Shown here piece by piece: positions 13,110 through 31,149 of a DNA stretch of 64,000 nucleotides. How positions within the stretch are numbered: the stretch's first letter is position 1; the number at the start of each line of letters is the position of its first letter. Location: NCBI GenBank assembly GCA_964016885.1, contig OZ024740.1:248372001-248436000 (forward strand). Direction: 5' to 3'. Under the pieces are notes generated by a model, which was given only the letters and a program-made list of their open reading frames with translations, did not search any database and was not told where the DNA came from. Source of the DNA: Eledone cirrhosa. Lineage: Eukaryota. A program made the translations under genes and the position numbers.

Positions 13110-13825
13110 AGGTCACTAAGTCAATCTATTTATATCTTTTGCTAGCCTCTCCCTTGTCTAGTGATACCGCCACCTTCCCCTTTCTTAAGTTAACAGGGGA
13201 ATAGTGGTGGTAGCAATGAAGGAGTGGTGGCGGCGGTGGCGTTGTCGTTACTGAGTTTTGTTGAGTGGACTAGTTTTTTTTTTATATGTAGTATCTATGC
13301 GTTTGTGTCGCGTATGTTTAATATCTGTGTTGAATAGACTAGTTTTGTTTGATCTGTAGTATCTATGCGTTTGTGTCGCGTATGTTTAATATATTCCCGT
13401 AAAATTGGAATTAAACATTTTGTTAAAACTTGAGACAATAATAATAGTAATTATTATTATGATGCTGGGATTGGTGGTGGTGGTGGTGAAATTGCCGTTA
13501 TCTGGCTGTTATATTTAGTGTACACAGCGGGGTGATGGGGTAGGTGGTGTATCAAGTTTCTGGTGTTGGTGAAATTGCTGTTATTTGGCTGTTCTATATA
13601 GTGTAGACAGAGGGAGTTTTCTTTCATTTATAACCATTTTCTTTTTTGAATATAAAATATATAATACAAAATTGAATATTTGAGCGATATAACAATATAT
13701 TATGGATCCGAAATTTTATGAGACTTGATTCGGAGGTTTATGCATTATTTGTACTAAGAATTGTTATTTCACAATTGATTTAAATATGTTAAAAATCAAA
13801 AACTTACGGGAGCGATTTCATGACC
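13110..13825 (-). mobile_element. Penelope-like element 3' non-coding region fragment
   Basis: Homologous to 18330-19567, which lies downstream of the PLE coding remnant at 19866-21147. Confidence 0.65.
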
Positions 13826-14007
13826 TTCTTCTTCTTCTTCTTCTTCTTCTTCTTCTTCTTCTTCTTCTTCTTCTTCTTCTTCTTCTTCTTCTTCTTCTTC
13901 TTCTTCTTCTTCTTCTTCTTCTTCTTCTTCTTCTTCTTCTTCTTCTTCTTCTTCTTCTTCTTCTTCTTCTTCTTCTTCTTCTTCTTCTTCTTCTTCTTCT
14001 TCTTCTT

Positions 14008-14037
<30 letters not shown>
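13825..14037. repeat. (CTT)n microsatellite
   Basis: About 70 perfect units. Confidence 0.98.
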
Positions 14038-14038
<1 letters not shown>

Positions 14039-14052
14039 TTATTATTATTATT

Positions 14053-14416
14053 TGAAAAGGAAAATCAGGGTAGAGAGGGAAGTGCTCTCTTCCCAGCATT
14101 TTGTTGAAAGATGGGTGAGAGAAGCAAGTATGGCCCGAATGAATGGGCCTTCTCTGAGTATGTGTCTGTAAATTAAAGGTGGAAAACTGGGAGAGGGCAC
14201 TTGCCCTGGTGGTCAGGGCCACTGTGGTCTTTTAATGGGCTTTCTCCACAAATGTCCCTCGGAAGTCTCCCCCCTATTGGGGAATTTTTCTTTGTTATTT
14301 TATTTCATCCTCTGTTTTTTTTACACGCAGAAATGCCCATTTGTACCGTCCTGTATTGTCCTGTACTGTCCTTAATGTCTACTTTATGTAAACCCTTGTG
14401 GTTAATAAAGAAAACA
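14053..14416 (+). mobile_element. 5'-truncated 3' end of a Tx1/L1-like LINE
   Basis: Reads LKRKIRVEREVLSSQHFVERW..., then a T-rich UTR, AATAAA and (TTA)n. A similar tail (tgtaaac...tgtggctaataaagaaa) lies at ~53940-54033. Clade assignment is by recollection of C-terminal style only. Confidence 0.5.
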
Positions 14417-14440
14417 TTATTATTATTATTATTATTATTA

Positions 14441-14487
<47 letters not shown>

Positions 14488-14488
<1 letters not shown>

Positions 14489-17400
14489 TTTGAGTCTCAG
14501 TCATTGATGTTAGTTAACTGGAAAGTTTGTTGAAATGAATATCAAGCCACTACCTGCAGCCTCAGATATTCAGGACGTATCGGAGGGTACTTGCTGTTCC
14601 CAGCAAGCATGCCTTTTGAAGCGTTCCAAAAAGCGTGAAGGGGCCAATTTTCTTTAACCATCCCTGGAAACTTTTTGAGATAGTCCCTAGTGCGTCTATG
14701 ACAATCGGGATCACTTTGACTTCATGGCAGTTCCAAATCCTTTTTACCACCCACTTTAACTCCTGGTATCGGTTAATTTTCTCCCTCTACTTCTCTTGCA
14801 CTCTCGTGTCGAATGGGCAGGCCACATCCACAATCAGGCACGATCTTTTTTCTTTGTCCACAACCACCAGGTCAGGTCTATTGTGTTCCAGTTTCTTGGC
14901 CGTCTGTATCCTAAAATCCCACAGCACCTTCACCTGATCGTTTTCTATCACCGCCTCTGGCTTATGTTCATACCACTTCTCAGAATGTGGTAAATTGTTG
15001 ACTTTGCATAGGTGCCAGTGGATCACCCTGCCCATCACATCATGTCTCCAGCCCTTATAGTGAGTCTGGGCTAGGTGTTTACACTCGGATACAATGTGAG
15101 CCACAGTCTCTTCTCTCTCTCTCCACAGATCCTGCACAGTGGGCTAGCCTCCTCCTTGTAAATATGGTGTTTCAACCACTTCGTTTTGAGGGCCTGCTCC
15201 TGCGCAGCCATTAACATTCCTTCTGTAGCCTTTTTAAGGTCTCCTCTTTTCAACCAGTTCCATGTCTGTGGATCTCTAAATTCAGTTTTCTCAAAGAAGG
15301 TACTATGAAGGGATTTTTCCTGAAGGCTGCTCTTTCTCCTTGATGTTATTTCCTCCTTGGACATCCCCTGGCCTATTGTCCCCTCCTTCAGTACAGTTCT
15401 GAGCATTGGCTCCTTACTATCAGTCACGTATTTGTGTAGGTTGTTTTTCTCCATCTGAACACAGTTCTCTATGCTGATAAGACCTCTTCCACCTTCAGAT
15501 CTCCTTAAGTAGAGTCTATCGACATCACTCTTCTTGTGGAACATATTGTAGATAGTCAATAGCTTCCTAGTCTTCCTATCCATTTCTTTTTGTTCAGCAA
15601 CATCCCATCTCAGAATTCCCGCACTGTACCTAATAATAGACACAGCTAGGGAATTTACTGCACTTATGGCATTCCTACTGTTCAGATGTGACTTCAATAC
15701 GCTCCTTACTCCCCGAAGGTATTCAGTTCTTATCAATTCCTTCATTTTTTTTGTTCTTGATGTCATCAGCCTCCAGAACGCCCAAATACTTGTATCCTTC
15801 AGAGTCAATTTCCTTCATCATCTCACCTGTTGGTACCTGGATTCCGTTACTTCTGCTCAACTTACCCCTCCTCATCACAATGACACCACACTTACTAATA
15901 CCAAATTGCATACATATATCATTGCTGAAAATACGGACAGTGTCAACAAGCACATCCAACTCCTTCTCACTCTTCCCGAAGAGCTTAAGATCGTCCATGA
16001 AGAGGAGGTGATTGATGGTAAGCCCTCCCTTTCCCAACCTGTATCCTGCTCTCACTTTTCGCAGTACACTGGTCAGGGGCATCAGGGCAAGGACAAACAA
16101 CAGAGGGGACAGACTATCTCCCTGGAAAATACCTCTCTTGATCTTCACGCTTCCCAAGGATTCTCCAGTTGATGTTAACTCTGTTTCCCAGGACTTCATA
16201 CTTTTGCCCAACAACTGTCTGATGTTATCTGCCACCTTGAAGATCTCCAGGCTTTTGGTGATCCAAGAATGAGGCACCATGTCAAATGCCTTTTGTAGTC
16301 TATCCATCCCATGGCAAGACCAGTGTGTCTCCTCTTGCAATTCCTCATTACCATCTTATTAATAAGTAACTGGTCCTTTGTAACACGTGACTTCTTTCGG
16401 CATCCTTTCTATTCGTCCGGTAACAAGTTGTTTGTGTGGAGGTGATGGTAGATTTCCTCAGACATAATGCTTGTTAACAGTATCCACATTAAGGACAGAC
16501 ATGTGATAGGTCTATAGTTGGTAACATCATTACCCTTGATTCGGTCTTTCATTATCAGAACTGTGGTACCTTTTGTCAACCACTCTGGTACCTCACCTGA
16601 CATCAAGCAGTCATTGAACATGGTTGTCAGTTTCGGGTGGAGGGATGTTATGTTTATAATCCAATACCCCTGCACACCATCTGGGCCAGGTGATTTCCAG
16701 TTGGTTAGTTTTTTGGCCTGCCCCTTAAGAGTTTCAACTGTGATACTCAAATCAGTTTGTTGGTGTGCCTGTTCATTGATCTCCTTCTGTACTGTCTCAA
16801 TCCACACTGCCTGGTCATTATGTTTAACATCCTGCTCCCATATTCCTCTCCAGAATGTTTTAGTTTGTTCCGCCTCAGGGATCAAGTCGTTGCCTCTTTC
16901 TTTCCCTTCAAGCTGTCCAAACAGCATCTTCTGGCTGTTGTCGAACATGCGGTTCTGTCTATACTGACTGACTCTGTTCTCGTATCGCCTGATTTTTGCA
17001 CTCTTTGCTACAATGCGTTGCTTCAGTTCCTCTATGATAATATTTAGCTTTTTCCTCCTAGTTTTGTACTTTATTTCCAGTCTATTTTTAGTGTCTATGT
17101 TTTTTAGTGTCCCATTCAGTAGGGACTCAAGCTTTCCAATGTCATTTCTCATTTCCCTGATTTGACCACTCAGTCGTTTCTTCCACCAAGGCTCTACTCT
17201 TTCTTGTCTGTTGTTTCCTCTCGCTTTTATACCAAGTAGTTTCCTCACCGTATTTGCTGTTGCTTTGAGGATATTGTTGCACTGGTGAAGGCTCCTCGCC
17301 TCAAGGTATGGGATGACTTTGTTTACCTTAGCTGTTGTTTCTTTTAACTTTTTCCTGTCTACAAATCTGAGGTTCATAGGTCTCCCACTATCATTGTTCA

Positions 17401-18190
17401 ATTCATCTACCACTAAGTTTAGGATATCTACCAAATCTTGTCTTAGCCCGTCAGCATTCATCTCCTCAGTGGCCGTATCTCTGTTCCAGGTATTATTTAT
17501 CTCAGCATTCAGATCATTGTCTGCTTCGGGTGGTTCCTCCGTTCTCTCGACCTCTTCACCTTCATTTCCCACTGGCTCGTTTGCCTGGCATACTCCACCC
17601 TCCATCTCCAAGCTAATCTCTCTGCTCAGTTCCTCCAGTTCCTCCAGTTCCAGCTCGCTTATCCACCCATTAGTTCTTATTACCCGAGCCTGCCCGGCCA
17701 GTTTTTGTTCATCTAATTTAAATGGACCAATCTCGTTCCAGATGTTATGCATCCTTTTCCTATAGCCTTTCTCCTTGGGGTTACTCTTCAGGTAACATTG
17801 CATAACAGTTCTATTCAATTCTTTCGTCCAGTTGGTTCTGGTCCCTTTCCTTCTTCTTCTTCCTCCGACACCAGCAGTATTTTGTTGACAGCCAGGTCCC
17901 TGCTGCTGAGCCAGGGAGCACCTGTTGAGTGAGAGTCTGTCACATGACATTCTAGTCTCCATTTCACCGTTATTCGAACTGTTTAGGTTCGACATTTAAA
18001 CACTCTTATCGAGGATTGGCGAATGTATGGTTACATAACCACCGGTGAATTACTTGTCTCCGGTGGTTTCGTCACTCCACGTGACTTTTGTGTGGCATTA
18101 TCACGCTGTAGACGAACCCAAATAAGCAAACAAACAAACAGGCAGAAAAAACCCCCAAAATGAATAAGCATAAGTTTCATTGTAATGTAG
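14488..18190 (-). mobile_element. Near full-length R4/Dong-like RLE non-LTR retrotransposon ending in (TAA)n (14417-14487)
   Basis: Frameshifted ORF 17995->14562 with RT motifs ([35 protein letters not shown]), CCHC knuckle (CRIC...HIVSEC) and restriction-like endonuclease (RPDLVVVD...IVDVACP). Confidence 0.93.
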
Positions 18191-18199
18191 TGTTTGAAT

Positions 18200-19593
18200 G
18201 TCTGACTTAGTTTTTCCTTTCCCTTCTCTGTCCGTCCGTTTGTTTTTCTCTTCATTTTTATTTCCTTTACGTTTTTCGTTGTTGCTGTGCTGCTTTTATT
18301 TTTATTTATTTTTTATTTTTTTTTATTTTGACCGGGTCATCCATTCAGTCTATTTATATATTTTGATGCCTTCCTCTTTTAGTGAGAATTCTACAATGTA
18401 GCAGGGGCTAGCGGGAGAGAATAGCAGCGGTAGTGACAATGAGGCAGCGGCGGCGGCGATGGCGGTGCTGTGCCAGCAGCAACTAGCAGGAGGTAGTGGG
18501 AGAGAATAGCGGCGGTAGCGATAATGAGGCAGCGGCGGTGGTGATGTGGTCGTATTCCTGTAGCGATGGTGTTGAAGATGGAGTAGAAATTTGAGTCGAC
18601 TTGACCAGAGTTTTCATCGTGGCAGTGGTGGTGGCACTGGTGGTGAAATTATCTTTAGTGAAATTATCATTAGTCGCGTATATGTGTTGACATATTCCTT
18701 TAATATTGGAATTAAACATTTTGTTAAAACTAAAACTTGATTTTGATTTTTTTTTTTTTTTTTGATTTTAACCGGGTCATCAATTCAGTCTATTTATATA
18801 TTTTGATGTTTTCCTCTTTTAGTGAGAATTCTACAATGTAGCAGGGGTAGTGGGAGAGAATAGCGGCGGTAGTGATATTGAGGCAGCGGCGGCGGTGGTG
18901 GTGGCGGTGCTGTGCCAGCAGCAACTAGCAGGAGGTAGTGGGAGAGTATAGCGGCGGTAGCGATAATGAGGCAGCGGTGGTGGTGATGTGGTCGTATTAC
19001 TGTAGTGATGGTGTTGAAGTTGGAGTAGAAATTTGAGTCGACTTGACCAGAGTTTTCATCGTGGTAGTGGTGGTGGTATTGGTGGTGAAATTATCTTTAG
19101 TGAAATTATCGTTAGTCGCGTATATGTGTTGACATATTCCTTTAATATTGGAATTAAACATTTTGTTAAAACTAAAACTTGAGGCAATAGTAATAGTAAT
19201 TATTATTATTATGCTGAGATTGGTGGTGGTGGTGGTGAAATTGCCGTTATCTGGCTGTTGTGTTTAGTGTACACAGAGGGGTGATGGGGTAGGTGGTGTA
19301 TCTAGTTTCTGTGTTGGTGAAATTGCTGTTATTTGGCTGTTCTATATAGTGTAGGGTTTTCTTCCATTTATAACCATTTTCTTTTTTGAATATAAAATGT
19401 ATAATACAAAATTGAATATTTGAGCGATATAACAATACATTATGGATCCGAATTTTTTGGGACTCAAGCCGGATGTTTTATGCAACATTTGTACTAAGAA
19501 TTGTTATTTCACAATTAATTTAAATATGTTAAAAAATCAAAACTTACGGGAGCGATTTCTCGACCTTCTATCCACCATGTGTGTCTTCTTCCC

Positions 19594-19630
<37 letters not shown>

Positions 19631-21147
19631 CATTATTATTATTATTATTATTATTACAGATATAGTTTTGCGACATGAAGTTATTCCTGATGTTCCTATT
19701 ATGATTCCCTCTACTGTTGTTATTATCACTATTATGGTCCCTTTCATGGTTATTAATTCTACTATTACTATTGCTGCTAGTCTCCATAATATTAATATTG
19801 TTGATGTTATTACCATCATTATTATCTTGGTTGCTATTATCACTATTATGACTATCGGTATACTTTTAGCAATTAAGGTTGCCAGGCGTTCTAATATTGG
19901 AATTACAAGAAGGTTTGATTTTAGTGAGCTTCGAGTGGTTACTAAGCGCTATAAGATCAGCCAGGTTAGATGTAGTTGAGTATGAAATATTGACGTTATT
20001 CTTGTTTAGGATCTTATGGTATCTATAATTAGGTGGGAAGCTTTTCTCTAAGGTGTCGAAGAAGATTGTAGGTATGTTTGAAGCGATACTTCTAGAGTAG
20101 GGGGAGGGGAGTACCATAAGATATTGCGGCGGCGTTTCCGTGTTGTGTTGGGCCGGTGCGGTCGTTTCTGCCATGGTGGGAAAATGCGGGGAATTTTTCT
20201 AGTAACTTATTTCTAGTTACATTATCTGAATTAGATTGGCACCGGTTAAGGGATCTTCCTGGCCTATTACTATTGCTGTTGTGATAATGCACTGGGCCAG
20301 TCGCAATGTTGGTTCCATTCCCGTATTTATTATTGTCAAGCGTAGTGCCACAGTGTTTATTGGTGTGCCTTGCCATTATACTAGTCCTATGGGAGAGGGA
20401 TTTAGTAGAATTAGTGTCCTGGATGTAGGAAATCCTATTGTTATATCCCGATTCGGCCAGTGCTTTGTTGTAGTAACCAGCAGTTTGGTCGAAAAGGTCC
20501 TCGCTGGCCGATAGCCTCGAGATCTGTGCGAGATGCTTCTAACTATAGAGTTAAGTGTATAGTTGGGGTGGTTAGAGGATTTGTTAATGTAAGATAGGAC
20601 CTCACTTGGCTTGTGGTATGGTCTATACAGGCCAGTATCTAACTCTAATGTTACATTTAGAAAGTTAACTATCTTATGGTTATGGTCTATTGTTACTGAG
20701 AGGCCGTACGTTTTAAAGAATTGATGGATATGCTTATTGAGATTTTCTATTCTACGGGGGTTGTGATTCCTTACAGTAAACAGAGCGTCCTCTCTATATA
20801 CACCTCCTTATAGTGCGGGAATCCAACTAGGTCGGTTACCTGAGCAGAGTCACTCGACCACATCGTAATATCAAAATTATCGCCGAAGTGAATGATGGTT
20901 CGTCTAGCTGCTAGTACTATGTCTATTTCATTTTTAGTTAAACTAGTATTGGACTTAGCTAAGATAAAGGCCTTCTTTGGTAGTATACGGGAGATAGAGG
21001 CGTAATAATTATCTATGTTGAATAATTGAATAAATTTTAGTGAATCCTTATCTCGTATATTTGTGAACCATTTGATAAACTGGTCGGTATTATTCCAAAG
21101 TAAGATCTTAGCCTTATTTTTGTAGCACAGGTATTATTCTATCCAGG
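18200..21147 (-). mobile_element. Decayed Penelope-like element (RT and linker remnant plus 3' region)
   Basis: Minus strand gives GVYREDAL, VNFLNVTL, SNHP and SPPYSRSIASNIPTIF...KILNKNNVNISYST, homologous to the other PLE ORFs in the window. Ends in (TA)n at 21148. Confidence 0.8.
18286..19180. repeat. Tandem duplication of ~430 bp (~18325-18740 / ~18765-19180)
   Basis: accgggtcat...ttgttaaaactaaaacttga occurs twice. Confidence 0.9.
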
Positions 21148-21172
21148 ATATATATATATATATATATATATA

Positions 21173-24127
21173 GATTTTGAGTTTATGTTGGTTGTATACC
21201 AACACCTCAGTATGCAGGCTGGAGCACTCGACGAAGTGCGCAGGTTGGTTTGGTTACTCCGGAGTAGTGTAAAATAAAGTTAAATAAAAGTCAAATGATT
21301 AAAATTTAGCTTCGTTTATTACTGCTATATATATTTCAGTGACAGCCATCTTTGGCTGTGACCTCTTCAGGCAGTTTGAATTAGTATGGTATAGACAAGT
21401 ACATATGTTGTTTAGGTGTATGATATTGTCAATACTCTGATATGCCCAGTTCCTTGTTGGGTTGTTAATTCACTGGGGAACTGGAGTCATATGAATTCAA
21501 ACAAACGAATTTTAGTGTCACAGGTCCCCTTCTCCTCTCATTGGTCAGTTATTAGTGTTGTCATTGTTGGAGTTAGCTTAAAAATTGATAAAATGGTAGA
21601 AGGGACAAGGTGTTGAAGGAACAAAATATCAAAAAATGTGTCAAACTTCCCATTGTTCAGTTCTGAGAGCATTCCTCAGTCAGAAGTCTATAGAATTCTT
21701 TCTGGGGTGAGGCTCCCTGTAGTGTTTATGCCTGCTATTGTTCAGTACATTTGACCTCCACCATTATTTTGGTACTGTTGTTGTTGTAGTGGTCAGCTTA
21801 TATCTTGCTGCTGCTAACAATTTAGAAGTATTCAGTTTGTGTTTTCTCTTCATCCCACCCGCCACCATCGTAGTGGTGGTGGCGGGGGGGGGGGGGGTTA
21901 TTTCATGTATATGAAGAAATATAAGGCAATAAATGAAGAAAACAGAAGATAAATAAATAATATAATAAAATAAAATAATTAATATAATTTGTGTAATTTG
22001 AAAATAAATAAATAAATAGAGAATAAAGAATAAAGAGTAAATGAGAGATTGGTGAAAAAGTAATGATAATGTATATGGAGAAGTGAGAAATAATGTAGGA
22101 TAAAGTGTGTGTGTGTGTGTGCTATAACCAATCTCAAGGTCAGAATATGTTGGATAGATTGGTATGATACAAGATGTTAAGATGAGATATTCAATGTGTT
22201 TGTGTTATAATCTATCTCAACTTAAAATAAATATAAATATAAGGTTATACAGTGAAGAGGGCAGAAAACAAATAACAAATTAATATAGAGAAATCAAGAT
22301 TTAAGATTGGAACTTTAAAGTCAGAAATCTGGTAAATTAAAAGTGTTTGTGTTATAGATGTTGGCCAGATTATTATGGCTGTGTCCGATTCTGTCTCTAG
22401 GCTATCATGGTGTCTGCTCCGCCTGGGTTGTTCCCTATGGCTTGAGGGGAGTTCACAACCTAGGGTGTTGTAATTGTCCATATAGCTTGAGGGAGGTCTG
22501 GCCGAGAGATGTTTTCATGTTCTGTAGAAGTCCCTATAGCTTGAGGGGAGTTCACATCTTCTTGTGTTGCTACTGTCCATATATTTTGAGAAAGGTCCCG
22601 GCTCTAAGGTGTCTGCATGGAAGCTTAAGCTGGACAGGACCCCATACTCTCTGGCCTGGTACATAATCAGGAAAGTACCACCCGATAAAGGGGGATCTTG
22701 CATATGCAAACTATGCCTGAACGAGACCCTCGAGATACTAAGAGGTGGAAGCGGCCTGATAAACCTCAGAACCGACTTCTTCGGGACATGCAGACACCTT
22801 AGAGCCGGGACCTTTCTCAAAATATATGGACACTAGCAACACAAGAAGATGTGAACTCCCCTCAAGCTATAGGGACTTCTACAGAACATGAAAACATCTC
22901 TCGGCCAGACCTCCCTCAAGCTATATGGGCAATTACAACACCCTAGGTTGTGAACTCCCCTCAAGCCATAGGGAACAACCCAGGCGGAGCAGACACCATG
23001 ATAGCCTAGAGACAGAATCGGACACAGCCATAATAATCTGGCCAACATCTATAACACAAACACTTTTAATTTACCAGATTTCTGACTTTAAAGTTCCAAT
23101 CTTAAATCTTGATTTCTCTATATTAATTTGTTATTTGTTTTCTGCCCTCTTCACTGTATAACCTTATATTTATATTTATTTTAAGTTGAGATAGATTATA
23201 ACACAAACACATTGAATATCTCATCTTAACATCTTGTATCATACCAATCTATCCAACATATTCTGACCTTGAGATTGGTTATAGCACACACACACACACA
23301 CTTTATCCTACATTATTTCTCACTTCTCCATATACATTATCATTACTTTTTCACCAATCTCTCATTTACTCTTTATTCTTTATTCTCTATTTATTTATTT
23401 ATTTTCAAATTACACAAATTATATTAATTATTTTATTTTATTATATTATTTATTTATCTTCTGTTTTCTTCATTTATTGCCTTATATTTCTTCATATACA
23501 TGAAATAACCCCCCCCCCCCGCCACCACCACTACGATGGTGGCGGGTGGGATGAAGAGAAAACACAAACTGAATACTTCTAAATTGTTAGCAGCAGCAAG
23601 ATATAAGCTGACCACTACAACAACAACAGTACCAAAATAATGGTGGAGGTCAAATGTACTGAACAATAGCAGGCATAAACACTACAGGGAGCCTCACCCC
23701 AGAAAGAATTCTATAGACTTCTGACTGAGGAATGCTCTCAGAACTGAACAATGGGAAGTTTGACACATTTTTTGATATTTTGTTCCTTCAACACCTTGTC
23801 CCTTCTACCATTTTATCAATTTTTAAGCTAACTCCAACAATGACAACACTAATAACTGACCAATGAGAGGAGAAGGGGACCTGTGACACTAAAATTCGTT
23901 TGTTTGAATTCATATGACTCCAGTTCCCCAGTGAATTAACAACCCAACAAGGAACTGGGCATATCAGAGTATTGACAATATCATACACCTAAACAACATA
24001 TGTACTTGTCTATACCATACTAATTCAAACTGCCTGAAGAGGTCACAGCCAAAGATGGCTGTCACTGAAATATATATAGCAGTAATAAACGAAGCTAAAT
24101 TTTAATCATTTGACTTTTATTTAACTT

Positions 24128-24134
<7 letters not shown>
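21173..24134 (+). mobile_element. Fold-back Penelope-like element: ~1350 bp near-perfect arms (21270-22619 / 22787-24134) around a 167 bp spacer
   Basis: The arms are reverse complements (mirror ORFs 21416/23788 and 22245/22925). The centre encodes a GIY-YIG C-terminal remnant YSLAWYII...CKLCLNE...INLRTDFFGTCRH. (TA)n on both sides. Confidence 0.92.
24029..24083 (+). ncRNA. Type I hammerhead ribozyme (mirror copy 21321-21375 on minus)
   Basis: actgc-CTGAAGA-ggtcacagcc/ggctgtcact-GAAA-tatatata-gcagt, followed by AATAAA. Confidence 0.85.
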
Positions 24135-24211
<77 letters not shown>

Positions 24212-24329
24212 TTTTTTCCGTATATATATATATATATATATACGGAAAAAATGAAACGAAATTTCATTTCTCACTCTTAGTACGGCTGTTACTTAAATAT
24301 AAGTATGTATACGTACATACATATATGTA

Positions 24330-27780
<3,451 letters not shown>

Positions 27781-28174
27781 AACGAAAAAATTATCAATGA
27801 TAAAAGAAGCGGATGCAACTTTTTTTAATATATTTCTGAAGACGGCATATATATGAGTTGGTATGTATATTTAATTTTGATAGTTTGTATAATTTTGTAT
27901 AATTTTGTACATAGATCTGTTAAATATACATGCCAATTCTAACACATATATATCCCAGAAACGATCGTTAAATAATGAACTTTTTTTGTTTAATATAAGG
28001 AACTGTTTCATTGTTTTATTCATTATTTTTTTAATATTTTACCTTGACTCTGTATTCCGTTTATCTTTCACCGAAAGTGATTTTTCATTGCATCTCTTCT
28101 TTCCATGATATCCGGATTACATTGAGTTCTTCATACGGATTGGACACTACCGTAAACTCTTGGTAGATTTATCT

Positions 28175-30749
<2,575 letters not shown>

Positions 30750-30949
30750 NNNNNNNNNNNNNNNNNNNNNNNNNNNNNNNNNNNNNNNNNNNNNNNNNNN
30801 NNNNNNNNNNNNNNNNNNNNNNNNNNNNNNNNNNNNNNNNNNNNNNNNNNNNNNNNNNNNNNNNNNNNNNNNNNNNNNNNNNNNNNNNNNNNNNNNNNNN
30901 NNNNNNNNNNNNNNNNNNNNNNNNNNNNNNNNNNNNNNNNNNNNNNNNN
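30750..30949. other. Assembly gap (200 N)
   Basis: Run of N. Confidence 1.
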
Positions 30950-31149
30950 CAACAGTTGACATGATAGTGATTTTGACGATTTTGACTTTGATTTTGATTT
31001 TGTATCAGTACTGTCGGTAATATATGTATATATATATGTGTTTGTGAGTTGTGTGTGTGATTGTATGCATGAATGAGTGTTGGTATGTGTGGTTGTGGTT
31101 TGTATGCATGAGTATTGGTGTGAGTCGTGTCAATAAATTTTTTTTTTTT

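Noticed and set aside
13786-14222. Poly-L, poly-F and poly-R ORFs
   Set aside because: Translation of the (CTT)n microsatellite.
18028-18095. Hammerhead-like fold on minus in the R4-like 5' UTR (gtcac/gtgac-GAAA-ccaccgg/ccggtggt)
   Set aside because: Stems II and III are present but the CTGANGA core is replaced by cacaaaa, so it is not called.
22430-22600. Short spaced repeats (tagcttgagggga...) resembling a CRISPR-like array
   Set aside because: Degenerate ~50 bp tandem units within a PLE UTR, with non-unique spacers, a eukaryotic context and no cas genes.
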